The position numbers and the translations under genes are program-made. Under the pieces are notes generated by a model. It was not told where the DNA came from. It ran no database searches and saw nothing but the letters and a program-made list of their open reading frames with translations. From Patescibacteria group bacterium (GTDB lineage: Bacteria > Patescibacteriota > Minisyncoccia > 2-02-FULL-40-12 > GWA2-44-9): 40,624 nt of DNA. Positions 8,308 through 17,824 of the stretch are shown piece after piece; position 1 is the first letter of the stretch, and each line of letters starts with the position of its first letter. The stretch is taken from positions 1 to 40,624 of the forward strand of contig JBBTXT010000003.1 in assembly GCA_038062135.1 (NCBI GenBank), read 5' to 3'.

Positions 8308-8474
8308 CTGGATTTTATAATTTTATAGATTTCTTTGTTGTGGGTTTCAGCGACTTACGGGCGGCTAAAGCACGCCCTGTCGCCTGCGGTGCTCACTCGT
8401 CGTATGTCTATACGACTCATTTCGCTCCTCGCCCACGCCTCGAACTCTAAAAAATTCTTTCAATCCCACAAATC

Positions 8475-9020
8475 TTAGAACGAAACTTTTACCGGTTCGC
8501 GCTGTGCCTCGTCAGAGAGCTGGAAGAATTCTTCTTTCTTAAAGCCAAATAATCCGGCGACAATATTTGTCGGAACTGTTTCAACCTTAGTGTTGAGAAT
8601 CAAAACGTTTGAATTGTAGAACCGACGGGCAGCCTGGATTTTGTTTTCCGTGTCAGATAACTCTTCCTGAAGTTTTGTAAAACTTTCTACTGCGCGCAGT
8701 TGTGGATACGCCTCCGAAAGCGCGAAGATGGATTTCAAAGCACCCGTGAGCATATTTTCGGCTTGTGCGTGTTCGGCAACGGTTTGCGCACCCATCGCCT
8801 TGGCGCGAGCGGAAATCACCGCATCCAGGGTTCCCTTTTCATGTTCGGCATAGCCCTTAACCGTTTCCACAAGATTCGGAATAAGGTCGTAGCGACGCTT
8901 TAACTGTACATCAATATCGGACCAGGATTCTTTAACCCTGTTCTTGGCCAACACGAGGCCGTTGTAGACGAAAATGAGCCACAGAACAATCAACCCGAGA
9001 ACAATGTATATGATTGGCAT
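8475..9020 (-). CDS. lemA: LemA-family membrane protein
   Basis: N-terminal TM helix, then YNGLVLAKNRVKESWSDIDVQLKRRYDLIPNLVETVKGYAEHEKGTL, which is typical of LemA. Confidence 0.88.
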   Translation of the reverse strand: MPIIYIVLGLIVLWLIFVYNGLVLAKNRVKESWSDIDVQLKRRYDLIPNLVETVKGYAEHEKGTLDAVISARAKAMGAQTVAEHAQAENMLTGALKSIFALSEAYPQLRAVESFTKLQEELSDTENKIQAARRFYNSNVLILNTKVETVPTNIVAGLFGFKKEEFFQLSDEAQREPVKVSF

Positions 9021-9083
9021 ATGTAGAGAGATAAACTATTTGTTACCAGCTAATGGTACAAGACTAAATCAGCAAATACAACC

Positions 9084-11005
<1,922 letters not shown>

Positions 11006-11017
11006 AAGTATTAAAAA

Positions 11018-11044
11018 TTAGCAGTTACCTTATACGAGTGCTAA
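11018..11044. promoter_or_regulatory. CIRCE operator (HrcA binding site) in the groES leader
   Basis: TTAGCAGTT-N9-GAGTGCTAA compared with the consensus TTAGCACTC-N9-GAGTGCTAA. The right arm is perfect and the left arm has 2 mismatches. It lies 13 nt upstream of the groES ATG. Confidence 0.75.
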
Positions 11045-11046
11045 TT

Positions 11047-11074
11047 ATGATAGCAAAAGGAAGGGGGCCGTCAA
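11047..11074 (-). promoter_or_regulatory. candidate groESL promoter
   Basis: The reverse strand reads TTGACG (11069-11074), 16 nt, TATCAT (11047-11052), immediately followed by CIRCE. The -35 box lies in the loop of the upstream gene's terminator hairpin. Confidence 0.5.
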
Positions 11075-11088
11075 CTACTTGGCCCCCT
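11053..11088 (-). terminator. rho-independent terminator of the 233-aa gene
   Basis: The reverse strand reads AGGGGGCC, an 11-nt loop, GGCCCCCT, then TCCTTTTGC. The hairpin overlaps the stop codon at 11075-11077. Confidence 0.6.
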
Positions 11089-11776
11089 CTGTGCGATTAA
11101 CTCCTTTTCGGAACTTTGCCAGTATCGCTTCCGCGCCTTCATGGTCAACGCGGGCCCAGGCTCTTACGTACGGATCTTTCTTGTCCGTTCCAGCCCGAGA
11201 ACGCTCTATGGCAACGATGTTGTTGCCGCCCAATTTACCAAAACTGGCCACAAGTGCAGAAAAGACAACAACATGGTTTGCGAACCGCCCGTCCTCCGAC
11301 TCTTTGCCGAGGGCTGAAGTCGTGGCACGTTTGAGTATCTGACCCTCTGCTCCTTTCGTCAGGTTGTGCACGAGCTCGTGAGCTACCGCCGCTACACAGC
11401 CGCTTGAGGTGTCCGCCAGTTCCGCAGGTATCAGAATTGGCCTGCTAAACGGTTGGCCCCCATTTCCCACAATGAAGGCTGGGATTTTGGCGGACTTGAA
11501 ACGTAGGCCAAGTTCCTGCTCCATCATCGGCATTACTAACGGCTCCCAGCCTGCCCAGACTTGCTTGCACAGATCGGCTCGTTTCTCCAAATCCTCTAGG
11601 GTGAAGAGTGGCCCAGTCCACGATGATGCGTTTCCAGCGATCTGGAGAGAAAGATCTATGTCGTAGCCGACTTCAATAACGACTCGCGGACTGTATTTCC
11701 CTGGCGGGGAATTGCTTCCACAACCAGTGAGCATCGCCAACAGTCCGGCGCACAGCACTATCGCGTATCGGACCAT
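11075..11776 (-). CDS. predicted lipoprotein with HExxH zincin motif (233 aa), moderately GC-rich cassette
   Basis: AAGGAGG lies 7 nt before the ATG. Signal peptide plus lipobox MVRYAIVLCAGLLAMLTGC. The AAVAHELVHNL (HExxH) motif is present. I recognise no further family. Confidence 0.65.
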   Translation of the reverse strand: MVRYAIVLCAGLLAMLTGCGSNSPPGKYSPRVVIEVGYDIDLSLQIAGNASSWTGPLFTLEDLEKRADLCKQVWAGWEPLVMPMMEQELGLRFKSAKIPAFIVGNGGQPFSRPILIPAELADTSSGCVAAVAHELVHNLTKGAEGQILKRATTSALGKESEDGRFANHVVVFSALVASFGKLGGNNIVAIERSRAGTDKKDPYVRAWARVDHEGAEAILAKFRKGVNRTEGAK

Positions 11777-11797
11777 GGCAAGGCCTCCTTTGCAGGC

Positions 11798-11825
11798 ATA
11801 CTACGTCAAAGTAATCCCGAGTCAA
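11798..11825 (-). promoter_or_regulatory. candidate promoter for the 233-aa lipoprotein gene
   Basis: The reverse strand reads TTGACT (11820-11825), 16 nt, TAGTAT (11798-11803). It is embedded in the last codons and stop of the upstream 330-aa gene. Confidence 0.45.
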
Positions 11826-12798
11826 GCTCTTGATATTTCCAGAGTGTTCCAAAATCAGCAACGGTTCGATTGTAACGTTCCAGGATATTTTTTTCCGCCG
11901 AGTGTGGATGAAACTCCAATTCGCCGTCATTCCAGATAATTCGCCCGCCGGATTCGTAGGTTACAGGGTTTTTTATAATACGACCCTGCTGATATTTCTT
12001 GGCAACCTTTTCAACCAAATCGCCCAACTTTGAGTTTAAAATAAATTCCCCCGCTTTTGAAAAAAAACTTAAGACTTTGTTTTTTCTCACATCTCTAAGA
12101 ATAGTAGTTGGAACAGAAGTTTGAAAAGCGAGGTATTCTCCAATCCAAAGATTTTCTTTATAAAACCGTCCTGCTAAATCCCCCACGATGAAAACTGGTT
12201 TGAGATTCGCGTACGTCTGAGCATTAAATAAACTTTGATGCGGAATGCGGAGAGATAAGTCGGTTATGTAGTGATTAAAACAAAACTTATCCGGCGCAAC
12301 CTTGTCGCGCCAGGTTCGGCGAACTCCCATCAAAGAAGCCAACCCCGATAAAATAAGCCGACAGGTATAGAGCCGTCCCGCTTGCGCAATTACCAAAACG
12401 TCAAAATCGCTTTTTTCCCCGGCGCCCTCCAGGGCAAGAGAACCGCTCGCAAGCATTCCTCTCAAAAATGGAACCGCTTGAAACCACCAAGCAAAGCGTA
12501 AAAGTTTTTTCCACTTCTGGGCAGATATTTTTTCGCGTTCTATCCGGCGCTCATACAAATCTTGCTGGCCCGGAAACATATAGTATCCGTCGCACACACA
12601 TAAACGACCAACGGAAACAAACTCATCGCACAGATTTATAACATCAATAAGTTTCGGCTGTTTTTCAAAAGATTCGCCCCACCTCTTTGGATTTATAAGA
12701 AACTGAAAAATCTCCAGCGGAGTAAGGGTAATATTCAAAGAATCATAATAGGCAACCGTGGCTAAAATTGAATTTTTGAGCGCTTCCACAACGTTCAA
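11806..12798 (-). CDS. Pol-beta-superfamily nucleotidyltransferase-fold protein (330 aa)
   Basis: ASGSLALEGAGEKSDFDVLVI fits hG[GS]-x9-13-Dh[DE]h. Composition is native. The track start is a TTG at 12796-12798, so the true start is uncertain. Confidence 0.6.
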   Translation of the reverse strand: MNVVEALKNSILATVAYYDSLNITLTPLEIFQFLINPKRWGESFEKQPKLIDVINLCDEFVSVGRLCVCDGYYMFPGQQDLYERRIEREKISAQKWKKLLRFAWWFQAVPFLRGMLASGSLALEGAGEKSDFDVLVIAQAGRLYTCRLILSGLASLMGVRRTWRDKVAPDKFCFNHYITDLSLRIPHQSLFNAQTYANLKPVFIVGDLAGRFYKENLWIGEYLAFQTSVPTTILRDVRKNKVLSFFSKAGEFILNSKLGDLVEKVAKKYQQGRIIKNPVTYESGGRIIWNDGELEFHPHSAEKNILERYNRTVADFGTLWKYQELDSGLL

Positions 12799-12828
12799 AT
12801 ACTAGCCTTTTGTTGGCTTATTTCAAAC

Positions 12829-12858
12829 TTGACCAAGCATGTTTTAATATGCTATAAT
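12829..12858 (+). promoter_or_regulatory. near-consensus sigma70-type promoter with extended -10
   Basis: TTGACC (12829-12834), 18 nt, TGcTATAAT (-10 box at 12853-12858), about 65 nt upstream of the ATG at 12926. Confidence 0.6.
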
Positions 12859-12925
12859 ATAGTTGTTCTTAAACAATTCGTTCGCAATCGTTTTTCACGT
12901 TCAAGTCCTAAGGAGGGGCTAAAAG

Positions 12926-13591
12926 ATGAGCACACTGATGGTTTGGCGCGTGACCACCGTTATTGTCTTGATCATGACAATCGCCTTCGTGGTGGTGGTA
13001 ACTAGTAAGAAGCGAACGACCCAGAAAGTCGCACTTTGGATACTACTCGCAATGGCGTGGGTGGCGGGGATTCTGGCCTTCATCGCGACAACACCGGCTC
13101 ACGGCGCCGACCTCAAGCCGAAGATGTTCCCAACGGCAGAGGCCAGGCTCCTGGAACAGGAGCTTGTGAACGCCCACATCAAGCGAGAGATGCTTCCGTC
13201 GACAAAGACGGACATCTACGCCTGCGAGGACTACGACCTCAAGATCACGCGTCTCGTCGAGCTGTACGACCAGCTCAACCGCACCGAGATGGCGCGCCAG
13301 TGGCGGCTCCACCTCGGCCACGTGTTCGAGTTCTCCCTGAACTTCTGCGAGGACGTTCAGGACTCGGAGAGGTTCAAGAAGTCGTACGAGCTGTATCGTC
13401 TGGCCGGGGACAACATCCGCGCGAGACGAGCGGCTGGCAAGGAGGCGCGACGCCTACGCTACCTGTACGCCAATGGTGACTCCGTCGAAACGGAGGACAT
13501 CAACGGCAACCACCGTTGGGAGCACTACTACGGGAAGGGAGACCAGGGGCTTCTCAAGGAAGCCAAGAAGTGGGAGAAGCTGGCCCACTAA
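12926..13591 (+). CDS. two-TM membrane protein with a helical C-terminal domain (221 aa), GC-rich cassette
   Basis: AAGGAGG lies 10 nt before the ATG. Two hydrophobic helices (VTTVIVLIMTIAFVVVV and VALWILLAMAWVAGILAFIA). Very strong G/C bias at third codon positions. Other-frame ORFs (13036..13479, 13043..13321) are Arg/Pro/Gly-rich shadows. Confidence 0.65.
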   Translation: MSTLMVWRVTTVIVLIMTIAFVVVVTSKKRTTQKVALWILLAMAWVAGILAFIATTPAHGADLKPKMFPTAEARLLEQELVNAHIKREMLPSTKTDIYACEDYDLKITRLVELYDQLNRTEMARQWRLHLGHVFEFSLNFCEDVQDSERFKKSYELYRLAGDNIRARRAAGKEARRLRYLYANGDSVETEDINGNHRWEHYYGKGDQGLLKEAKKWEKLAH

Positions 13592-13624
13592 TCGGAGGAG
13601 GGAGGGTCGGAGAAGCTCTGACAT

Positions 13625-13660
13625 GGCCAGGCGTGAACAACGCCTGGCCTATTTCTTTTT
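13625..13660 (+). terminator. rho-independent terminator
   Basis: GGCCAGGCG (13625-13633), loop TGAACAA, CGCCTGGCC (13641-13649), then TATTTCTTTTT. Confidence 0.8.
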
Positions 13661-13689
13661 GATAAAAGTATTATTTTATGGGATAGTAT

Positions 13690-15048
13690 ATGCCGCGTAT
13701 GGATATTACGACGCTTAAAAATGTTACTAATAAATTCCCCAAAAAGCCGGGTATATACCGGTTTTTAGACCCGCACCAAAAGCCCATATATATAGGAAAG
13801 GCCTCTAACCTAAAAAACAGGGTAATTTCTTACGCCCGACCAATTGATTCAAGAATTGTGGCAATGGTGTCAGACGCAAAAAGTCTTACATTTACGGAAA
13901 CCGGATCAGATATTGAAGCGCTCATCCTGGAATCCCAACTCGTTAAAAAGTACTTACCGAAGTTTAATATTATGCTCCGCGACGACAAGCAATACTTTTT
14001 TGTCGCATTCACCCAGCCTAACTTTTCTAAAAAAAAGTTAGGCGGGCAAGCTGACGAGCAATTTCCAAGAATATTTCTAACCCACCAACCACAACAAACA
14101 ACAAGAAACAAGCGACAAGCAAGTGGTATTGAATATATCGGTCCGTTCACCGAGGGAACCGCGCTTAAAACAACCTTGAGGGCATTGCGGAGAATATTCC
14201 CCTACTGCACCTGCAAACAAAAACATAATGTGATGTGTCTAAATGGACACATCGGCGCATGTCTCGGTTTTTGTTGCTTAAAAAAACCGGAAAACCCGAA
14301 CAGAAAATCTTACCTCTCCAATATTCGTGCGATAAAAGAAGTTCTAAGCGGTAAAAGGACCAGCTTAATCAAAAGATTAGAGAAAGAAATGAAAGAGCGC
14401 GGGAAGCGATTAAAACTAGAAGAAGCATCCGCAATCCAAGGGAAAATTGAAAAAGTGCGAAGGGTGTTTGAAAATGCCCAGATAATCCAGAGAATGTCTG
14501 GCGAAAGAATCCCAGATTCTTCAAGAGAAAGTATAAAAACTTTTTTGGGTCTTGCGAAAAATCCAGTCAGGATTGAAGGCTATGACGTGGCGCACATCCA
14601 GGGTAAGCATACCGTCGGCGCTATGGTTGTGTTCAATAATGGCATGCCGGACAAAAACAGCTACCGTAAGTTTAAAATCCATTCTTCAAAACCGGGCGAC
14701 GATACTGGAGCATTGCGTGAAATGCTAACCCGCAGAATAAAGCATGCGGAATGGCCCGCTCCAGATTTGGTCATCATTGATGGAGGAATGGGTCAACTCA
14801 ATGTCGCTATTGAAATCTTTGGCAATAATCATCCATTAATCGCCCTGACAAAAAATAACAAACACCAGGGTGACCTTGTGCTTGTTTCGGTTTCAAAAAA
14901 GAAGCCTGCGCAATATCCATTATCAGGCTTGCCGGAAGAGGTAAAAAACCTGATTTTGTCGGTAGACGCGGAAGCACATCGCTTTGCAATCGGGTTTTAC
15001 CGCTCGTTGCACAAACGTGAAATGCGTGGTAAGGTGGGTAGGCAATAA
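13690..15048 (+). CDS. uvrC: UvrC-like excinuclease subunit lacking the C-terminal (HhH)2 domain (452 aa)
   Basis: GIY-YIG domain (PGIYRFLD...PIYIGKASNLKNRVISY), a Cys-rich segment (YCTCKQKHNVMCLNGHIGACLGFCC), a UVR-like helix (EEASAIQGKIEKVRRV) and an RNase H-like endonuclease domain (IEGYDVAHIQGKHTVGAMVVF...YRKFKI). The protein ends right after ...EAHRFAIGFYRSLHKRE. The start is ambiguous (ATG at 13690 or 13699). Confidence 0.8.
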   Translation: MPRMDITTLKNVTNKFPKKPGIYRFLDPHQKPIYIGKASNLKNRVISYARPIDSRIVAMVSDAKSLTFTETGSDIEALILESQLVKKYLPKFNIMLRDDKQYFFVAFTQPNFSKKKLGGQADEQFPRIFLTHQPQQTTRNKRQASGIEYIGPFTEGTALKTTLRALRRIFPYCTCKQKHNVMCLNGHIGACLGFCCLKKPENPNRKSYLSNIRAIKEVLSGKRTSLIKRLEKEMKERGKRLKLEEASAIQGKIEKVRRVFENAQIIQRMSGERIPDSSRESIKTFLGLAKNPVRIEGYDVAHIQGKHTVGAMVVFNNGMPDKNSYRKFKIHSSKPGDDTGALREMLTRRIKHAEWPAPDLVIIDGGMGQLNVAIEIFGNNHPLIALTKNNKHQGDLVLVSVSKKKPAQYPLSGLPEEVKNLILSVDAEAHRFAIGFYRSLHKREMRGKVGRQ

Positions 15049-15049
15049 T

Positions 15050-15388
15050 ATGACAGGTCTCATTGTAAGGTTACTAAGCAATTCGTTAGCCCTTTTTGTA
15101 GCTACAAAGTTTGTAGACGGCTTTTCCGTTGTTGGCGGATGGAAGGAATTCCTCCTTGCAGGAGCAGTTCTTGCCCTCCTAAACCTCCTTGTAAAGCCGA
15201 TTCTTAAGGCGCTGACTCTTCCGCTTATTATCCTCACGCTCGGCCTGTTCACATTCGTCATAAACGCGGCAATCCTTTGGAGCTTAACCTTCATGTTTAG
15301 CTTCGTGGTGATCGGCGGATTAATACCGCTTGCAATAGCTACGTTGGTAATCGCGATTGTAAATATGCTGATGCCGGGCAACACATAA
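15050..15388 (+). CDS. YvlD / phage-holin-4_2 family 4-TM membrane protein
   Basis: MTGLIVRLLSNSLALFVATKFVDGFSV...LLNLLVKPILKALTLPLIILTLGLFTFVINAAILW is typical of the family. I chose the internal ATG at 15050, just after the uvrC stop, over the track's upstream start at 14984. Confidence 0.75.
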   Translation: MTGLIVRLLSNSLALFVATKFVDGFSVVGGWKEFLLAGAVLALLNLLVKPILKALTLPLIILTLGLFTFVINAAILWSLTFMFSFVVIGGLIPLAIATLVIAIVNMLMPGNT

Positions 15389-15398
15389 TAAAAACCTA

Positions 15399-15614
15399 AT
15401 GAACATTATTTCTTACATCCAAATCACCAGCGCAGTTCTGCTTATTATTACGATTTTGCTTCAGCAAAAGGGAAACGGTTTAGGCTCAACCTTCGGCGGA
15501 TCCGGCGGCGAGTACAGCACCAAACGCGGCGCTGAAAGAGTAATATTTGGAGCAACCATCGTTTTGGCCGTTATATTCATCGCCACCTCCGTCCTTAGGG
15601 TTCTGGCCCGCTAG
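15399..15614 (+). CDS. secG: preprotein translocase subunit SecG
   Basis: 71 aa with two TM segments and the central LLQQKGNGLGSTFGGSG motif. Confidence 0.85.
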   Translation: MNIISYIQITSAVLLIITILLQQKGNGLGSTFGGSGGEYSTKRGAERVIFGATIVLAVIFIATSVLRVLAR

Positions 15615-15621
15615 TTATAAG

Positions 15622-15646
15622 ACCCGTCGCAGAAGGCGGGTTTTTC
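15622..15646 (+). terminator. rho-independent terminator after secG
   Basis: ACCCGTC / GGCGGGT stem (one G-T wobble) followed by TTTTT at 15641-15645. Confidence 0.65.
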
Positions 15647-15743
15647 GCCTCTCGATTAGGCTTTATGTAAAATAAAGCCTAATCGTCCTGAGGAGCAGCG
15701 GTTTTACCGCTTAGCGACGTAGGATTACATTGATTATATATTT

Positions 15744-17534
15744 ATGGATACCAGCCCACACCAATTAGATGATTTCTTCATGCAACCGGAGGATCCGAAG
15801 GTTCCCGGCCGCCAAGGAATCAAAGAAAGCCTGCGAAACGGCCTGGGATTGCGCGCCCGAATAAGATTGCTCCCGAAAGTCCTTTCATTAAGCGAGCGCT
15901 ATATTATCGGTGCATTGTTGGTTATCGCCGCCGGAGCCATTCTCGCAATTCCGGTTACTACTTATTTCCATTTTACAACCGCCGTCGCGGATGATGGCGG
16001 AAGCTTCAGCGAGGGCTTGTTGGGCGAGCCGCGATTAATTAATCCTCTCTTGCCACCGGCGACCGACAGTGATCGAGACATCGCAACACTTGTTTATTCC
16101 GGCCTTTTGAAACACAACGAGGAAGGCAAACTGGTTCCGGATCTGGCAAAATCATATGAAATCTCAAGTGATGGATTAAATTATACCGTTTACCTAAAGC
16201 GTGATGCGCTTTGGCAAGATGGAAAATCGGTAACGGCCGATGATGTAATCTTTACAATAGAAACGGCGCAGAATCCTGACTATGGAAGCTCGCAGAGAAT
16301 CAGCTGGCAGGGCGTTGAGGTTGAAAAAATAGACGATTACGCGTTGATGTTTAAGTTAAAGAATAAATACGCGCAGTTCTTGAACAATTTTACACTCGGC
16401 ATTATTCCCAAGCACCTCTGGCAGGACGTGAAACCAATTAGCTTTTCGCTTTCTGAACTAAACCTTAAACCAATTGGCTCCGGGCCGTACAAGTTTGATA
16501 AGCTCCGCAAAGACAGGTTGGGCAGAATAATTTCTTACGAATTAACGGCGAACGATAAATACTACGACGGGCAACCGAACATAGATCGGATAGAACTTAA
16601 ATTCTACGCCTCGGAGGACGAACTTATTGATGCTTACAACCGAAACGAGGTTGAGAGTTTGAGCGTTATTTCCGCACAGAATATTAAACGTCTTAAATAC
16701 AAGAGCCGGATTTCAACCAAACAAATAAGGCTCCCGAGGTACTTCGGATTATTCTTTAATCAAAACAAGAGCGCCGCACTGGCAAATAAAAACGTACGCC
16801 TGGCATTAAGCTACGCCACCGATAAGCCCGCGCTTTTACGCGACATACTGGACGGCAACGGAATAATCGTTGACTCGCCCATGATCGGAGGAATTCTAGA
16901 TATAAACTCTGCGGTTAAGAAATATGATTTTAACCAGGAAGAAACAAAGAAGATCCTAGCTACCGACGGTTGGAAAACTCCCGAAGGCGGAACCATTCTT
17001 GAAAAGGGAAAGAACAAACTGTCATTCAAAATAACGACGTCAACCTGGCCGGAATTAGTATCGGTTGCTGAACATATCCGCGACCAGTGGAAATCGGTCG
17101 GCGCTGAAGTCACGATAGAAGCCCTCCCGATATCCCAACTGCAGGCATCTATAAAGGAGCGTAACTATGACATTCTTCTTTTTGGAGAAATCTTAAATAT
17201 TGATCCGGACCCATTTTCTCTCTGGCATTCTTCTCAAAAACGCGACCCCGGACTAAACCTTGCGCTGTACGATAATAAAACAGCCGACACCTTGCTTGAG
17301 GAAGCAAGACAAACATTGAATATTCTTGAAAGAATGCAGAAATACGACGATTTTCAGAAACTTACAATTGAAGATATGCCGGCAATATTCCTGTACAGTC
17401 CGTACTACCTATACGGCCAATCAAAGGATATAAAGGGCATGAATACCAGTATTATATCCATGCCCGCCGATAGGTTTTCAAATATCGGCTCATGGTATAT
17501 TAATACCAAGCGGGTTTGGAAGGGTTCAAAATAG
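15744..17534 (+). CDS. ABC transporter substrate-binding protein, family 5 (Opp/Dpp-like), N-terminally TM-anchored
   Basis: TM helix YIIGALLVIAAGAILAIPV, then DIATLVYSGLLKHNEEGKLVPDLAKSYEISSDGLNYTVYLKRDALWQDGKSVTADDVIFT (SBP_bac_5 pattern). No permease or ATPase gene is adjacent. Confidence 0.85.
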   Translation: MDTSPHQLDDFFMQPEDPKVPGRQGIKESLRNGLGLRARIRLLPKVLSLSERYIIGALLVIAAGAILAIPVTTYFHFTTAVADDGGSFSEGLLGEPRLINPLLPPATDSDRDIATLVYSGLLKHNEEGKLVPDLAKSYEISSDGLNYTVYLKRDALWQDGKSVTADDVIFTIETAQNPDYGSSQRISWQGVEVEKIDDYALMFKLKNKYAQFLNNFTLGIIPKHLWQDVKPISFSLSELNLKPIGSGPYKFDKLRKDRLGRIISYELTANDKYYDGQPNIDRIELKFYASEDELIDAYNRNEVESLSVISAQNIKRLKYKSRISTKQIRLPRYFGLFFNQNKSAALANKNVRLALSYATDKPALLRDILDGNGIIVDSPMIGGILDINSAVKKYDFNQEETKKILATDGWKTPEGGTILEKGKNKLSFKITTSTWPELVSVAEHIRDQWKSVGAEVTIEALPISQLQASIKERNYDILLFGEILNIDPDPFSLWHSSQKRDPGLNLALYDNKTADTLLEEARQTLNILERMQKYDDFQKLTIEDMPAIFLYSPYYLYGQSKDIKGMNTSIISMPADRFSNIGSWYINTKRVWKGSK

Positions 17535-17535
17535 T

Positions 17536-17564
17536 TTGCGTAAATCGCCAGAGTATGCTATACT
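17536..17564 (+). promoter_or_regulatory. sigma70-type promoter with extended -10, upstream of tRNA-Leu
   Basis: TTGCGT (17536-17541), 17 nt, TGcTATACT (-10 box at 17559-17564). Confidence 0.5.
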
Positions 17565-17661
17565 GGTGCATACGGTGATTTTCTCGGGCTTCGGTAAAGC
17601 CGAAACCCAGCGCAACGTTCCAGCGAGTGAAGCGTTCGTTTATTTTTGGGCTATATTGAGA

Positions 17662-17745
17662 GGGCGAATGGCGAAACTGGCAGACGCGCTAGCTTCAGGA
17701 GCTAGTGGGAGCAATCCCGTGGAGGTTCAAATCCTCTTTCGCCCA
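17662..17745 (+). tRNA. tRNA-Leu (anticodon CAG), type II, CCA not encoded
   Basis: Acceptor GGGCGAA/TTCGCCC, anticodon stem CTAGC/GCTAG with loop TTCAGGA (CAG), a long variable arm, and T-arm GGAGG-TTCAAAT-CCTCT. Confidence 0.9.
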
Positions 17746-17824
17746 CATAGAGAAAACTGTATTAATCTCTAATTAATCAAGGACTTGCCGCTATTAATTT
17801 ACGGCGTCCTTAAAAGTAAAAAAT

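Noticed and set aside
13036-13718. Alternative ORFs 13036..13479, 13043..13321 and 13473..13718 inside cassette 4
   Set aside because: Their translations are Arg/Pro/Gly-rich, they have no SD, and their frames do not carry the third-position G/C bias. The 12926..13591 frame does carry that bias and has AAGGAGG upstream.
17536-17772. 78-aa ORF overlapping tRNA-Leu
   Set aside because: It runs straight through a well-folded tRNA gene and its promoter, so it is spurious.
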